Source of the DNA: Balanoglossus misakiensis
Lineage: Eukaryota > Animalia > Hemichordata
Direction: 5' to 3'
NCBI GenBank assembly: GCA_040954595.2
Contig: CM082578.2
Span: 10,215,519 to 10,279,518 of the forward strand
DNA: 64,000 bases
The notes under the pieces are model-generated. The model was not told where the DNA came from. It saw only the letters and a list, made by a program, of their open reading frames with translations, and ran no database searches. Of the stretch, positions 41,143 to 53,637 are shown in pieces; position 1 is the first letter of the stretch; every line of letters starts with the position of its first letter. A program made the position numbers and the translations under genes.

Positions 41143-41949
41143 GCTTGTGATAGACGCTGAAGGTTACGAAAAAATTATCATGCGTTTTTTAATCAGATAA
41201 CCAATGTTTACAGTTTCTTCACTCAACACAGATACATGTAAAAAAAAAGTTGTCAATCATTGACTCTTCATCTTAAAAGGATGATCTGGCGATTCAAACA
41301 CTACGGGCAGTATAAAGCGTATACTCATTGGTTTGACCACAATCGCGATGTGAACTTGAAGAAAAATTAGAATAATGCGCTCTCTTGCAAGAATAATCTG
41401 GTATCAGAAACCGACCTGCCAACAGGTTTTCAACTCCGTAGTTTGTTCTTGGAAGAAATGTCAGGCCTACAGTGATACCAACATGGACGCCTCACTCTTA
41501 CATTCATAATGACATTGTTTTATTATGCGCACATATTTCCTTTGCAGTTAGTTACGTAACCATACATTAGGCCTAGGCCTATATGCCGTGGTAGCAATTT
41601 ACATTCGCTCACGATTTCACGTTTAAACGGAAATGATCTAAAAACGTGATTACTGAGGGGGGTGGGTGTATTTCAGCTGGTTATCATACATTGACGGGAA
41701 TATAAATGATTTACTTAACAAATAAATAATTAGTTTGTTGCAACCAGGCTATGATCGCCTCCATCAAACCTCACAAATGAGACGTTTGTGTGTCCAGTCA
41801 GTTATAAATTAACAATGTAAGCATGGTTGTATTTCAAGTTGTCATGCGAAAAATTAATATCGGAGACGATAGGAAGGTGTTTTGATGTGAACAAAAGTAA
41901 TATTTTGTACCATGGGTCTTTTACAGTCATCTGGCTTTTAAAAAATCTA

Positions 41950-42022
41950 TGTTTCCGCCCGGGCTCGAACCGGGGACCTTTCGCGTGTTAGGCGAACGTG
42001 ATAACCGCTACACTACGGAAAC
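41950..42022 (-). tRNA. tRNA-Val(AAC)
   Basis: Same 73-nt body with anticodon loop CT-AAC-AC. Confidence 0.97.
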
Positions 42023-42483
42023 AGGAGATGATAACGTAATGTTTTGAGACAACAAAAAAAATAAGTTATGTATCGTGGCGTTTCATCCTGACAACTGTAT
42101 TAAAAAGTAAGAGAACATTTCTGTTCGTGTGAAACAAACGTGACAACCGCTTGGCTTGAATTGGCTCTTTCTTATCTCGGATCATACATCTTTGATTGTT
42201 CCTGAATAATATTTCTACGTTCTAATTGGTCAATGATATTACATAAAACGTGAAAATTAGCAGTCAGCAGATTCTTGTCAACTTCCGATTAATCATCCAT
42301 CAGGTGTTAAAAAAAAGTTACGTGGGGAGGGCGAGGTTTGCAGAGGGCGTTACAGTAGTCATGCTTTGCCTCAAAATAATTCACATCGAAGACGGTCGGT
42401 AGGGAGATGTTTTGGTGGAAACAGACAAATTAAGGTTCTGTACATGTACTTTGATTCTTTACATGAACCAAATTCATAAAAAA

Positions 42484-42558
42484 TGTTTCCGCCCGGGCTC
42501 GAACCGGGGGGACCTTTCGCGTGTTAGGCGAACGTGATAACCGCTACACTACGGAAAC
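42484..42558 (-). tRNA. tRNA-Val(AAC) with a 2-nt C insertion at the variable loop/T-stem (variant, pseudogene or homopolymer error)
   Basis: 75 nt; G6 instead of G4 in GAACCGGGGGGACC on the + strand. Confidence 0.75.
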
Positions 42559-43071
42559 GAATACATGTGTAGTGAAATGTAATTTAAAAGAAAATAGTTA
42601 TTTATAGGGGGAAACAGAATCTATTATCGCTTTTTTTTAACTTGCACGCAGCTGACAAGATGGTAGTGCTCCTCACAGGCAGCCCGCTTCACAATGTGCT
42701 CTCCAGATTTTGGCAATGCTTGTCCTGCCAAGTCCTAGGAACTCACACATCCTATCACATTTGCTGTATGAAGATCTACTGACTGGAACTCTGTAAGTTT
42801 CGTCCGATCTGAAGCTATAGTCAACAACCCTTTTCTGGATTTTCTTTGGGGAAATATGTGCTTCATCCGAGTTCAAGTTGTTTCCACTAAGGTCCTGCAG
42901 CTCTATTGTTTCCATCCTGGAATCTGTTCATATGCTAATCTTATGAGAACAATGAACATTCTCCTTGCTGTTAATCACTGCAATCAACACCATGCAATAC
43001 ACTGGAAAGATGCTACACCCGGTGAGCAACATATCATCCAATACAAGACTGCCAACACTAATCTGCAAATG

Positions 43072-43096
43072 GATAACCGCTACACTACGAGAGAAC
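43072..43096 (-). pseudogene. tRNA-Val 5' fragment (acceptor stem/D-arm remnant)
   Basis: GATAACCGCTACACTACG matches the tRNA; the rest is replaced by unrelated sequence, while the adjacent flank matches the CAC-unit flank. Confidence 0.7.
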
Positions 43097-43343
43097 GGAA
43101 GACGAAAGAGAAATGTTTTCAGGTAAGGAAAAAAAATGTTTTTGCGCAGTGCGGTTTTATCAATTCCAAAAAGTTTGGTCCTGTTTTAACCAAAAATGTG
43201 CGTGGAACAGCAAAACTCGCTACAATCAAGAGGGACGTCTCTCTAAAGCACACAATCATCGTCTGCCAAGCAAAACCATTTTCGACCATTTTGCGATTTT
43301 TTAAATGCCAAAATCGCAATTTTAGGTAAGAGAGTAGTAAAAA

Positions 43344-43416
43344 TGTTTCCGCCCGGGCTCGAACCGGGGACCTTTCGCGTGTGAGGCGAACGTGATAACC
43401 GCTACACTACGGAAAC
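43344..43416 (-). tRNA. tRNA-Val(CAC)
   Basis: Intact 73-nt copy. Confidence 0.97.
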
Positions 43417-43687
43417 GCTTGTGATCGATAACTTAGAAATGTTTTTTGGGTAAGGAAAAAAATAAAACATTTTTGCACCTTGCGGTTTTATCCATTTCCA
43501 AAGGTTGGTCCTGTTTTGACCACAGTGTGTGTGGAACACCAAAAAAATGAAGTGAAACCGCCAGCAAATCAAGAGGGACGTCGGTCTAACGTACTCGTCA
43601 TCGCCTGCCAATCAAAACTATGTTTTTACAAAATATAACACTTGCATTATTCCAAAATCGCAATTTTAGACTGAGATCAATAAAAAC

Positions 43688-43749
43688 TGTTTCCGCCCGG
43701 GCTCCTTTCGCGTGTGAGGCGAACGTGATAACCACTACACTACGGAAAC
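43688..43749 (-). pseudogene. tRNA-Val(CAC) pseudogene with an 11-nt deletion in the T-arm/B-box
   Basis: GGGCTC-CTTTCG lacks GAACCGGGGAC; one additional D-loop substitution; 62 nt. Confidence 0.9.
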
Positions 43750-43750
43750 G

Positions 43751-43816
43751 CTTGTGTCCACCAATTAGAGAGTTGTGTCCGGCGAAATTAAAGTTGTGTC
43801 CGCTTAATTCAAGTTA
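43751..43816. repeat. ~21-22-bp tandem repeat x3 (TTGTGTCC...AATT..AG)
   Basis: TTGTGTCC recurs at ~43752, 43773 and 43794. Confidence 0.7.
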
Positions 43817-44050
43817 GAGATTTTGGTTGTCATATACGGCCATCGTACCTAACCTCAATCGAACCACTGACAGTGCCTCTATAACACTACAAAAATGGGG
43901 CGTATATATGTAATCATTCAGACATTCTGTTGACGATGAAAGTAATGATTGCATGCCATGCAAAAAATTACCGGAGACGAAAGGAATGTTTTGATGTATA
44001 CAAAAAATTCATGGGGCTTTTACAGTGAGCTGGATTAAAAAGTACAGGTG

Positions 44051-44097
44051 TGTTTCCGCCCGGGCTCGAACCGGGGACCTTTCGCGTGTTAGGCGAA
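44051..44097 (-). pseudogene. tRNA-Val(AAC) 3' part only (5'-truncated)
   Basis: Identical to the tRNA from its 3' end through the anticodon stem, then unrelated sequence begins at 44098. Confidence 0.88.
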
Positions 44098-44356
44098 GGT
44101 TACTTTAAAGGTTAGGCAAATTATTTTAATGCGTTGTATAATCAGATAACAACACCCGCTCATCTATTTTGGGATACACTAATTTACTTTTGGATGAGTC
44201 ATGCATGGAAAAAGTGGTAGAGTCAGCAAAAAGTAAATGAGCGTAGCCCAAAATAGATGAGCGCATGTATCCAAGACGATAGGAAAATGTTTGATCATAA
44301 CAAAAAATATGTTTTGTCCTGTGCTTTACAGGCAACCGGATTTTATACAAAAAGGG

Positions 44357-44429
44357 TGTTTCCGCCCGGGCTCGAACCGGGGACCTTTCGCGTGTTAGGC
44401 GAACGTGATAACCGCTACACTACGGAAAC
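44357..44429 (-). tRNA. tRNA-Val(AAC)
   Basis: Intact 73-nt copy; flanks paralogous to those of the 41950 copy. Confidence 0.97.
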
Positions 44430-44738
44430 AGGAGATGATAATGTAATGTTTTGAGGTGAAGAAAAATTAAGTTATGTACCGTGGGGTTTGATTCTGACAA
44501 TTGTTTAAAAAATGAATCCGAGTTATATAAAAAAATCAAGTACGGTGACATAGAGTTTTCTTTATATCATTTATTAATATTCTTGTTTTCCACCCTTTGT
44601 GAAACTTTCAAGAAAATGACAATATTGTAACGGTGTCTTCTCAAAATTCTATATGTAAGGCTATGGAATGTGATAACCACGCACTGCATCAGGGGTAGTC
44701 TGCTACACCTTAAACCGTGATATCATCTCATGACTTTG

Positions 44739-47700
44739 TCATTTTGCGATTCTGCTGACCGCTTGCTGCAGCCAGTCTTTGATTTCCGCGCTGTTCTTGT
44801 CCATCCATTCGATGTTGCTGTCGATCTTCCGAAGAGACAGGTAATAATTATTGGCAGCAGTTAGCGGCATGTCTTGGTACTTTCTCCCGAAGCTTTCCAT
44901 CTATAGGGTTGAGAAGTTGAAACCAAAATAAGAAACATTCGGCGTACGTTTCCATGTACATCTAAATTAATGTCGAGAGAAACACGACAGGGTGTTATGA
45001 AAGGGTGTGTACAATGTGTTGTCTGAACTGAAAGATCAATTACCTCCATCCTATCCTTCATTGTGTTCATCGTGTTCGCGAAACTCCATACCGTGTCATA
45101 GGCAGAATCACCGAATCTGAAAATCAATAGAGATTCAAATGAATTAGGAATAATTCTAAGTGACTTCACATCTCTGCCTACGTGTGGTTCATTCAAAGAC
45201 AGTATGTTTTCAAACACCACTACAATAACTACATCTCGAATTTTAATGAACATTATCCAAATAAAACTGGATAAATTTTTCTTCGTATATTGTACCTTAT
45301 ATCGAAAAAACAACAGGAAGATTTTGGCGCCAACCCAGACATAGCCTACCTTGAATGTAGAGAGTCAAAATTGTCGTTCACAAAATTCCAGGCCAGGTTA
45401 AAGCCGAGACCAGATGCATCTCTGACGTAGCCAATAATCGTTGGCGCTTCGCTCGACTCCAAAGAGTTTTCCATGTATCTAGTATAGAAAATGACAATAC
45501 ATGTATTGTAAACGTAAGAATGAGGATTGAACCCTAACGAGAGATTCTGTACGGCGATACTTAACATCACCCACGACCCCTCAGCTGTTGAACTATCAAG
45601 AAACCTAATATTAGACGTGATCGTTTCCCGGTACATCTTTGACAAGATGTACGGGATATGCGCCCTGTAAGCGTGCAGTGATGACTTACTCTTGCAACGT
45701 ATATGAGTTCCGACTGCACGCCATCGCTCGCTGTAAGTTGGTCTTCTCCGCATCGTTCATCAGATGCTGCTCGAAGGCAAAGTACCATTCACTGTCCCCG
45801 CCGTTTCGGATCGCTGTGCAGTAGACGGTGGATTTGGTGTCGTCCCTGATTCTGTGAACGAGGAACGAGAGGTTGGTGCAAAGTTAGGTTTGCCTGCGAA
45901 GAAACCCACATGCAACCTGACACTAAACACTAGACACCTGTTGAATCAATCTTGAATGGCGATGCGTGGATACGAATGCCACGGTAACAGAATGCGCCTG
46001 GAGAGAGATTCTCAATAAAATGATAGTCCTGCTATATGAAAGTGGCATCATGACACTCTCTCAATCTTACGAGGAATTATTAGGCTGTGCCATCCAGGAG
46101 TTGTACTGGTCCGCTGCAGTCACCATGCAATCTGAGTTGCCATATGTACACGCCAACTCCACGGCTATAACTCGATTATGACTACAAAAAGAAAAGAAAA
46201 ACAGAACGTTTTATAATGCAAAATACTGTGAACATTATGTTAAAAGGGGTCTTGAGTAATATTCGCTGCGTCTATACGTATCACGTGAGTCTCAATTCTG
46301 AAAACTATCACATAACTCTCAAAGCTCAACAGCACAGCAGTTTCATTTAAAGACTAGCGATATCTGGCAGTGAGCGGAAAATCTTCTATTGACACCACAA
46401 TCTGCTATGACTTGCTGATGGACAGACTCACTATTCGATGTGGTCATCTTCAGTAGCTTTCATGAAATTCCAACCAAGATCGGTATAGATCTGTTCGTTT
46501 AACTGTCGAAGGTACAACTGAAATAAAATCATGGTATTCACGTTAAGAATGATCATAATTGGTCCACTAAAAATAACATGCAGTTGTACAAGACACGGGC
46601 TGAACATCTTTTAGAGATTGCTTTACCTCGAAATCCCCGTATGTGGACGTTCTCCATAGCATGGTGTGCGTGTATCTCAAGTTGTCTCTTGTAGTCAACC
46701 ATGGGTTGTAATCCCTCTCAGCCGTCAGGTATTCGATAATCTTCAAAGAGACTAGCTGATTCAACATCTGAGATTTGCCGATATTGAAGGCATCACTGAT
46801 CAGTGCTCCGCGGTTACGAATCGGAAAAACCTAAATAGAATTTTAAAAATTAAACATTGAGTCATACTGACCCAGTTGCGGCTGACGTTTGTAGAAAGTC
46901 TGTCGCATTTTGGAAATGTCGTCCAGGCCGGAAGCGAGTTAACAGTAGTTGATAATTGGCTGGTCAGCTTTTTTTTAAATCCGTGTCCGTCAGTTTGGAA
47001 GTTATGATGCCATTTTCAAAAGACAATATGGCGATGTTCAGCTGCTGAACGTTTAAAGAAATTATAGTCACTGCTACTTTCTTGACACGGGAAATTGTCT
47101 TACACTGTGGTCCTCCTTGAGTTGACGGGCGAGGTTTTCCCAATTTTCATTTTCGTAGTTGACCCGGTAGTACATGTTTTGGTTGACGTTAACGATAAAC
47201 CAGTGACTGGCCTCGCTTGTGGTTACGGTGAAATCAGCTGTTAGAAAGTAATTTAAAGGCACAATGAAGTGATGTGGATACATGACCTTTGTGTTGTTTA
47301 CATCTAGAAACTTCAGAGAGCAGCTCATATGCTGGACATACAGACAGACAGACAGATAGTCACCTGGTCCTCGAGACATCCATGCAGAATTGCAATGTGT
47401 GTTGTGTGGACAGTCATTGACGAAAAGTTGTTCGCTTTCATCTGTCCAGGTCAATGGCACATACCAGAGATACCTAAAACATAGCAGCATGACGAATTTG
47501 GGCTATCAACACTGTAAACGTACAAATAATGAAAACTACAAGCATATAACTTTTTATGTACAGGCGCTGCTTCGCTTTGCGTCTTCTTTAATTTTGTTTG
47601 TCCTGCTGTGGCACACTTTTTTCAAGTGTCTTCCACCGGGATAATCTTTCAAGAATATTGGCGTAACTGCGAAATGATATGTTAAACGTACCCGAGATCG

Positions 47701-50700
47701 GTGTAGTCGTCACTGGGTTCGTCATACGGATTTTGCAGGAAACGCTGCTGTTCGGCGTGGATATTTTCGCCCTCTCTGGTGACAGTCACCACAGGATAGC
47801 CTGCCTGCAACGTCCACGTGTCCATCACCATTTTGACATTGATATTCTTCCGTCCTGAGTCCGCCTGCAAATATGAAAGAGGATAGGTCACATGCGCCAT
47901 TTTCTGAAATTACCACGGCCAACGCAGTTCATTCTTTTCCCAAGATTTAGTCTGTTCAATTTGGTGACATCTAAAGTTGGCGGCTGCGCAAGCTTCGGGC
48001 AATTGAAGTCTGCACATGTTTAGCAGACGACCCGGGTACACTTTCCAACCCAGTACAACTTACCTCTGTCAGCGCGGCAAACAAATCATCGGAGAAGGCT
48101 GGAGCAAACTCGTGCCTGTTTAGATATATCCTTAGTCCGTCGTTGAACGTCTGGTTGCCTAAGAAATGCGTCATCATCATATTGAGGGCACCTCCCTGCA
48201 CATTGACATCACAAATCGGTATGTTAATCAAGTTAATATATACTGGTCATCGTTATTGTTCAATGGTAGTGACAATGTGACATATAAAAATGAAAATGTT
48301 TGTTGCAATGACGCGAGCCATCAGATACAGAAAATGAACTAAAAGTTGATAGCACGTGTGTGCGATTATTCCCACAGCGCCCTCATACGCTCTGGTTTGG
48401 ACCAGGAGAACTTCCACACTGCAAGAAAATCTGTATCGATGATCTGCGTAAAGGATTTTACCTTTTCGTAAGACATCCTGTCAAAGGTACGGCTAATTTC
48501 GTCGTTCCAGCCGACGTCCATGACAACCGGACGCGATGAAGTGGAAATCGAGTCGTAATCCAGGGCTCTGAATGTGGCATCCCTTGGGAAAAACTGTTCG
48601 TACTGCGCATGGCAGGATAGAGAATATGGATGGGTGTGATCACAAATATTTACATCTGCCACATGTGCATGATATGGTTAAAAGTGGTGGTCAAGTCTTA
48701 CACTGCACATGTGTGGCCACCAGAGAGAAAATATGTCTTTCAATGGCATCTGTGACATGAATTGCACGTGGGGTCATACTTCCCTGGTCAGTTGCACTGG
48801 TCTCTGAAGCTGTGGGAATGATAGAATGTCTTAATTCGCACTATCGTTTATGATTATACCATGTATGTCAAAAAATCTTACCATGTTCCATTCAGGGTGA
48901 ATGTCGTGGACCCCAGCGTCCTCCAAGAACCTGGCGAAGCCCTCGTTCAACCAGAGGTCGGACCACCAACCGCACGTTACCAGGTTACCAAACCACTGGA
49001 AAGAGGATAGAGATGAGAGGATACACCGTCTTTAACTTGATTTGGCCTGATTTCTACAGCGCCCAATGATGACGTGATAAATGATTACGACATCGCCAGA
49101 TATTTACTATACTACCCGCACAGAAGAAAATGGGCAAAAAATGATTTAAGAAGTCAATGTATGAACATCACATCACCGTATTCTCACCTGATGGATAATT
49201 TCGTGGCCGATGATTCTGGCAATTCTCTGCTGCTTGGATGCAAAGTCAGTCTCGTTGTCGAACAACATGCGTTCTTCCCTGTACAATATCAGACCCCAGT
49301 TCTCCATGGCACCGGAACTGAATTGTGGGATTGCCGCCATATCTGCAAAGCAGGAGGAGATTACCAACCAACTGAGAGAAAAGGGCAGCCAGCCAGCCGG
49401 CCAGTCAGTCAGTCAGACAAACAAAGCACTATCACATATGCAGAATTAACTCACCCATCTTAGTAAGAGCGCCATCCAGATCATATGGAATACCAGTCAT
49501 ATCCCCATAGAAATCCAGCATTGTGCTTCCCACCATCAGGGAGTAGTCCAGCGTATATTTGAGATCTGGGCGTGCCCACACACGAAACTGTGTGTGTGAC
49601 GAGTGAGAGGAATTCAATATTACTTGTGGTGTGGTGATAACCGGGTGCACTATCTGACCACGTTTGCAGGTGTTGAGAATTTCTCGCCGTTCACATATGC
49701 TTCGTAGGGCTGTTTTTTTTTTTTGGGGGGGGGGGGCTTTGAACGACGCCGTCTAGCGTGGATATAGGAAGACTGAAAAACTACAATTTGAAGCATGAAT
49801 GGGCAAATGAAGATTGCTTGTCTGAAAAGCGATACGCAAGGAATCTGTACCAACCACCGCCAGTGCAAACCAACATATCGGGCTGACCAAATTCGGCCAG
49901 ATATTTACTGTAGCATAGACCTACCAAAACGCCCCCTTTGGTGTACTCCTCCTTGTGGACAAACTCGGACACCACGACCGCATTCAAATAGGTCGTCATC
50001 TTGACACTTCTGGCGAACGTGGTTGTCACCCAGTCGCCCTCGGTGGAGTTGCTGACGACGTGCATGTTTGAAAGCGCGTGTCGCCTATTGCGGTGTTTGA
50101 TAGTCATGTCGAAAGTCGCCTTGAGGTTTGGTTCGTCGAAGCAGGGGAACATTCGTCTTGCGTACGTGCTTTCCAGTTGGGTGGCCGCGTAGTACCTGAA
50201 TTAGGTGAGCATAATATAAAACTGAAGAAAAACTTGGGAGGAATTTTATTTGACTTTTCAGTATTTAAAATTGACCGTTTGGTCCAACGTCGCGTTATCG
50301 AAAGTTGCACGAGCTTCCTTCAACTCTTTGTTATTAATAACCATAAAAATATTTTCCAATTTTCATAGAAGACATTCTTTGAATTGAATTACATCAAACT
50401 TGGCACGGAATGGGGAAACAGTTTCTTTAATTTTAGTTATTACCGTGGCGAATGTTTTGACTGTTTCACTGGGGTTGAACTGTTTGACCTGTGATACTCC
50501 ATTTGGATTCAAAAACACATCCTTGATGTAATCACAGACACTCGGAACTCGTATGTCCAGTGTGTGATGAAATGTGTGATACGAGCAATATATAACTATG
50601 GTAATACGGGATATATATTGACAGATAGGATCAGTCGTATCACAGTTATCAGTCTGTAGGCCGTCTCATCCACGGTTGTATTAGATACGACTATCGCCAA

Positions 50701-52493
50701 TCGTCACTTTTTACGTAATAATACAATGGGAAGAAATCTGAGCAGTAGTTGCAACATTTGACAATATTTCTCCATGTGCATGTATGTTAACGCCTCTGGT
50801 ATCTTATCGACCGCTGCGTCGAAAAATCCCGTAGTCTGGTTTGGCAATACGGTTGGTATAACACGTATATAATGCTCCATATATTGTTAATTGTTGGGAA
50901 CATTACAGTGGTAGATGCATTCTGGGAATAAGACTTAAGGCAGTATGTAACGTATACCGCGTTTACTCGCGGAAATATTAAGTTCTAAAGAAATGGTTGA
51001 GTACGTTTATATTAAATAACGTGAATGTGTATTCTAAATATATGATTGAGATTCTAATTGTAATTCTCATTTCAATCATAACTTTTTAATCAGATACTTC
51101 CACAGCAGTTTTGAACGATTGGTTTGGATGTAAGCCTGCCTATACTAGCTAATAACTTGCATTTGTCGACAAGGCTAGTGAAGTCTTTTCCTCGCGTTTA
51201 CGCCAAATATTTGATAAAAATATCTTGGTATCTTTGAACTTTGACACCTTCACAAACATTTGCTTGATGGATGGTCATCCAGGGTGTAGCTATGTTCAAA
51301 CGTTGATGGAAGTGTTTAACAAGAAGGCGGTTCTTTGCACGAGGGTAGAAAACGACCAAGTCGCGGTGGTTTTAGGAGGTTTTGATTCAAGTATTAGTAG
51401 CAGTTCGGTCTGTCTCAGAAGCAACTAGCCAATGAGAAAAGTCAGGGAATAGGACAGTTTTTGTCGACTGTCTGCTCTTTTCTACACACCCCTAGGATAA
51501 CTATGTCAGAGAACCCCACGGCTTGTTATCGAAAGGTTTATATGCCCTCGATAAATCAAAATTTATGTTTGCCTGATAAGGGCTGTCGTAAAAATGTTTA
51601 GTGCTGTGTCTTGTGTAGCATTTACTCGCAACATGACGAACCTGCCTTGAGGATACTGTCACAGAGGTTAGAAATAACCCTCGAATACGTAACTGGCATT
51701 ACGTAATATAAAATCATGCACGTGTGTAATCATTCCTGTTAAACCGGTGACAATTTTCTCAGTTATATTGCTAAATTAACGAACATTAAAAAATATGACA
51801 ACTTCGCCATGCACCGTCATCAGTTGTGCTCCACTGAAAATCTTACCTTGTTACACCGTCTTGATCATAGCTACCCAGATACAGCCCGACATTGCGGTCT
51901 TGCTGCATTGTACCTACGTAGTTCAAGCTTATTGTGTAAGATTCCTCAGCGATAAGGTCCTCCCCGGTTTCTATGATGTAAAAGTCATATTTCTCTACTT
52001 TTCTTATGTTGGAAATGCTGACGTCGTCGCCGTTGCTGTTTCTGGTGATCTGGACGCTCTCATCGTTAATGGTGATCGTGTATATGTGCAGTTTGATTTC
52101 CCTGGTCGCTTTCTCACACGTCAACTCGAAATCCAGCTCTCCGTCGAACGAAAATCGCTTGTCGCCGTCTCCTTCGTCGAAATACGGGGTCAATTTGATG
52201 ACATAGTTGATCGGCGTCAAGGTGTCGGGTATGCGACCGTCGAACTCCTCGTAATCGTCCTCCTCTTCGCCTGGCTTCGGGAGACCTTCGTACGGATCCG
52301 GCGTTGTCTCGATGGGCTGAGCCGTTTGATCGCACGAGGCGGCAAAGTATGTAATGACGGCTGCCCCGCCAACTAGCAGAATTACAACAACGAATATGCC
52401 AACACCGACCGCCTTCGAAACATAGCACCCACTCTTCTTCTCCGGTTCTTCGATCAAGATCCCCATAGAATCACGATTGGTTTTCGAAGCCAT
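44739..52493 (-). CDS. M1-family aminopeptidase N-like, type II membrane protein (paralogue B), 978 aa
   Basis: 17 exons: 52493-51847, 50195-49925, 49587-49455, 49342-49188, 48995-48882, 48602-48462, 48195-48064, 47864-47692, 47473-47364, 47237-47104, 46830-46627, 46517-46432, 46181-46071, 45851-45690, 45478-45350, 45116-45044, 44900-44739 (2937 nt). TM helix, FPCFDEP, GAMENWG, HEIIH..NEGFA, SYEKG; minus-strand AATAAA at ~44570. Confidence 0.95.
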
Positions 52494-53637
52494 GATTAAT
52501 AATAGTCACTGTTAACGGTATTGTTTGCTGTCACCTCGATGAGAGGAAATAAGGCGACTTCGGTGTGAGTCCTAGAAAGTGACCCGGGGTCAGTGGGCAA
52601 CACACTGTGGCATGTCTTGGTGCCGGGGCAAGAATAAATATCTTTTGGTGTCGGTCCAATCGTCCGGCTGGTCAGCGGCGATTGGTCCACTCGAAGTTTT
52701 ATTTGTTTTCGCGCTCGCACTGGTGGGTGGGTACACACAGTTCAGAGATGGCAGGAACGGAGTGGAAACGATGCGCTGAAAAGCGCCTTCGCCAATCACA
52801 GGTGAACTGTTATACCTTGAACATTATTATTGCCTCACATATCCCGGAACAAAGTTATGTGATGACGCCGATCGTAGTTGTCCGCCCGGAAACTTCTTCT
52901 CTGCACATGGAACAAAGGTGTGCGACTACACGAAGTCAAATGCCCGGCAATAAATCACCAATAAATCACATTTTCGAGATCATGGTGTTAGACAGACCCT
53001 AACTTTTACGGTATAAAACTAGGCATTTTCCCAATAATATTTGAAGCAGGCGAGGGAAAATTTAACTTCTGGAATTAGCATGTCGTCAGAAAGTGATGTT
53101 GGTTTTGGGACAATTCAATAACCAGTACACTGGGTTAGAGCACGGGGCGGACTGTGGGTAGAGGTTCTTGTGAAATGCGTGTCAGAGATTTGTCTGATAC
53201 GTTAGATATTTTGAGAGAATGCAATCAACAACAGCACATATGGTTGACGTTTGGACAGATAAGGTTGGAAATATAAAAGTACACAAACCGCACATATTTC
53301 ATAATCACATGTCGCTGATAATCATGGTTTATGTTGCTCGAAGTTGGAGTGTTTGTCTACACGGGGGACACACACTCGCTGGTTTGCTTCCGAAAATGGG
53401 TTGTTCATCTCATCCGAGAATTTTATTAACCAGAAAACAATATTTAAGCAACATCAGGACGTTCCATCAATATTTACCTGTCCAGTGAAATAAAATACCA
53501 ACAGTTCCTTTCTTAAAATTTACAGGTGGTTGAGAGAAACAAGCACCCATTTGAGCCGCGTGAAATGATATACCCTTGGATAATAACAATTCGAAAAGCA
53601 TTCAAATTCACGTGTTCCTGCCAGCTTGCAATTTTCT

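Noticed and set aside
40605-44429. Regularly recurring near-identical repeats suggesting a CRISPR array or SINE cluster
   Set aside because: The repeats are 73-nt tRNA-Val genes with long irregular spacers in a eukaryotic context; no cas genes or SINE tails.
44257-44454. Short ORFs containing FPPGLEPGTFRV (also 40637-40864)
   Set aside because: Translations of the tRNA-Val antisense strand.
51795-52376. 193-aa + strand ORF and its 188-aa counterpart at 61005-61571
   Set aside because: Antisense shadows of aminopeptidase exon 1; their mutual similarity follows from the B/C duplication, and they lack splice or domain support.
52880-52895. TCCGCCCGG similar to the tRNA-Val 3' end
   Set aside because: Only about 9 nt match; chance.
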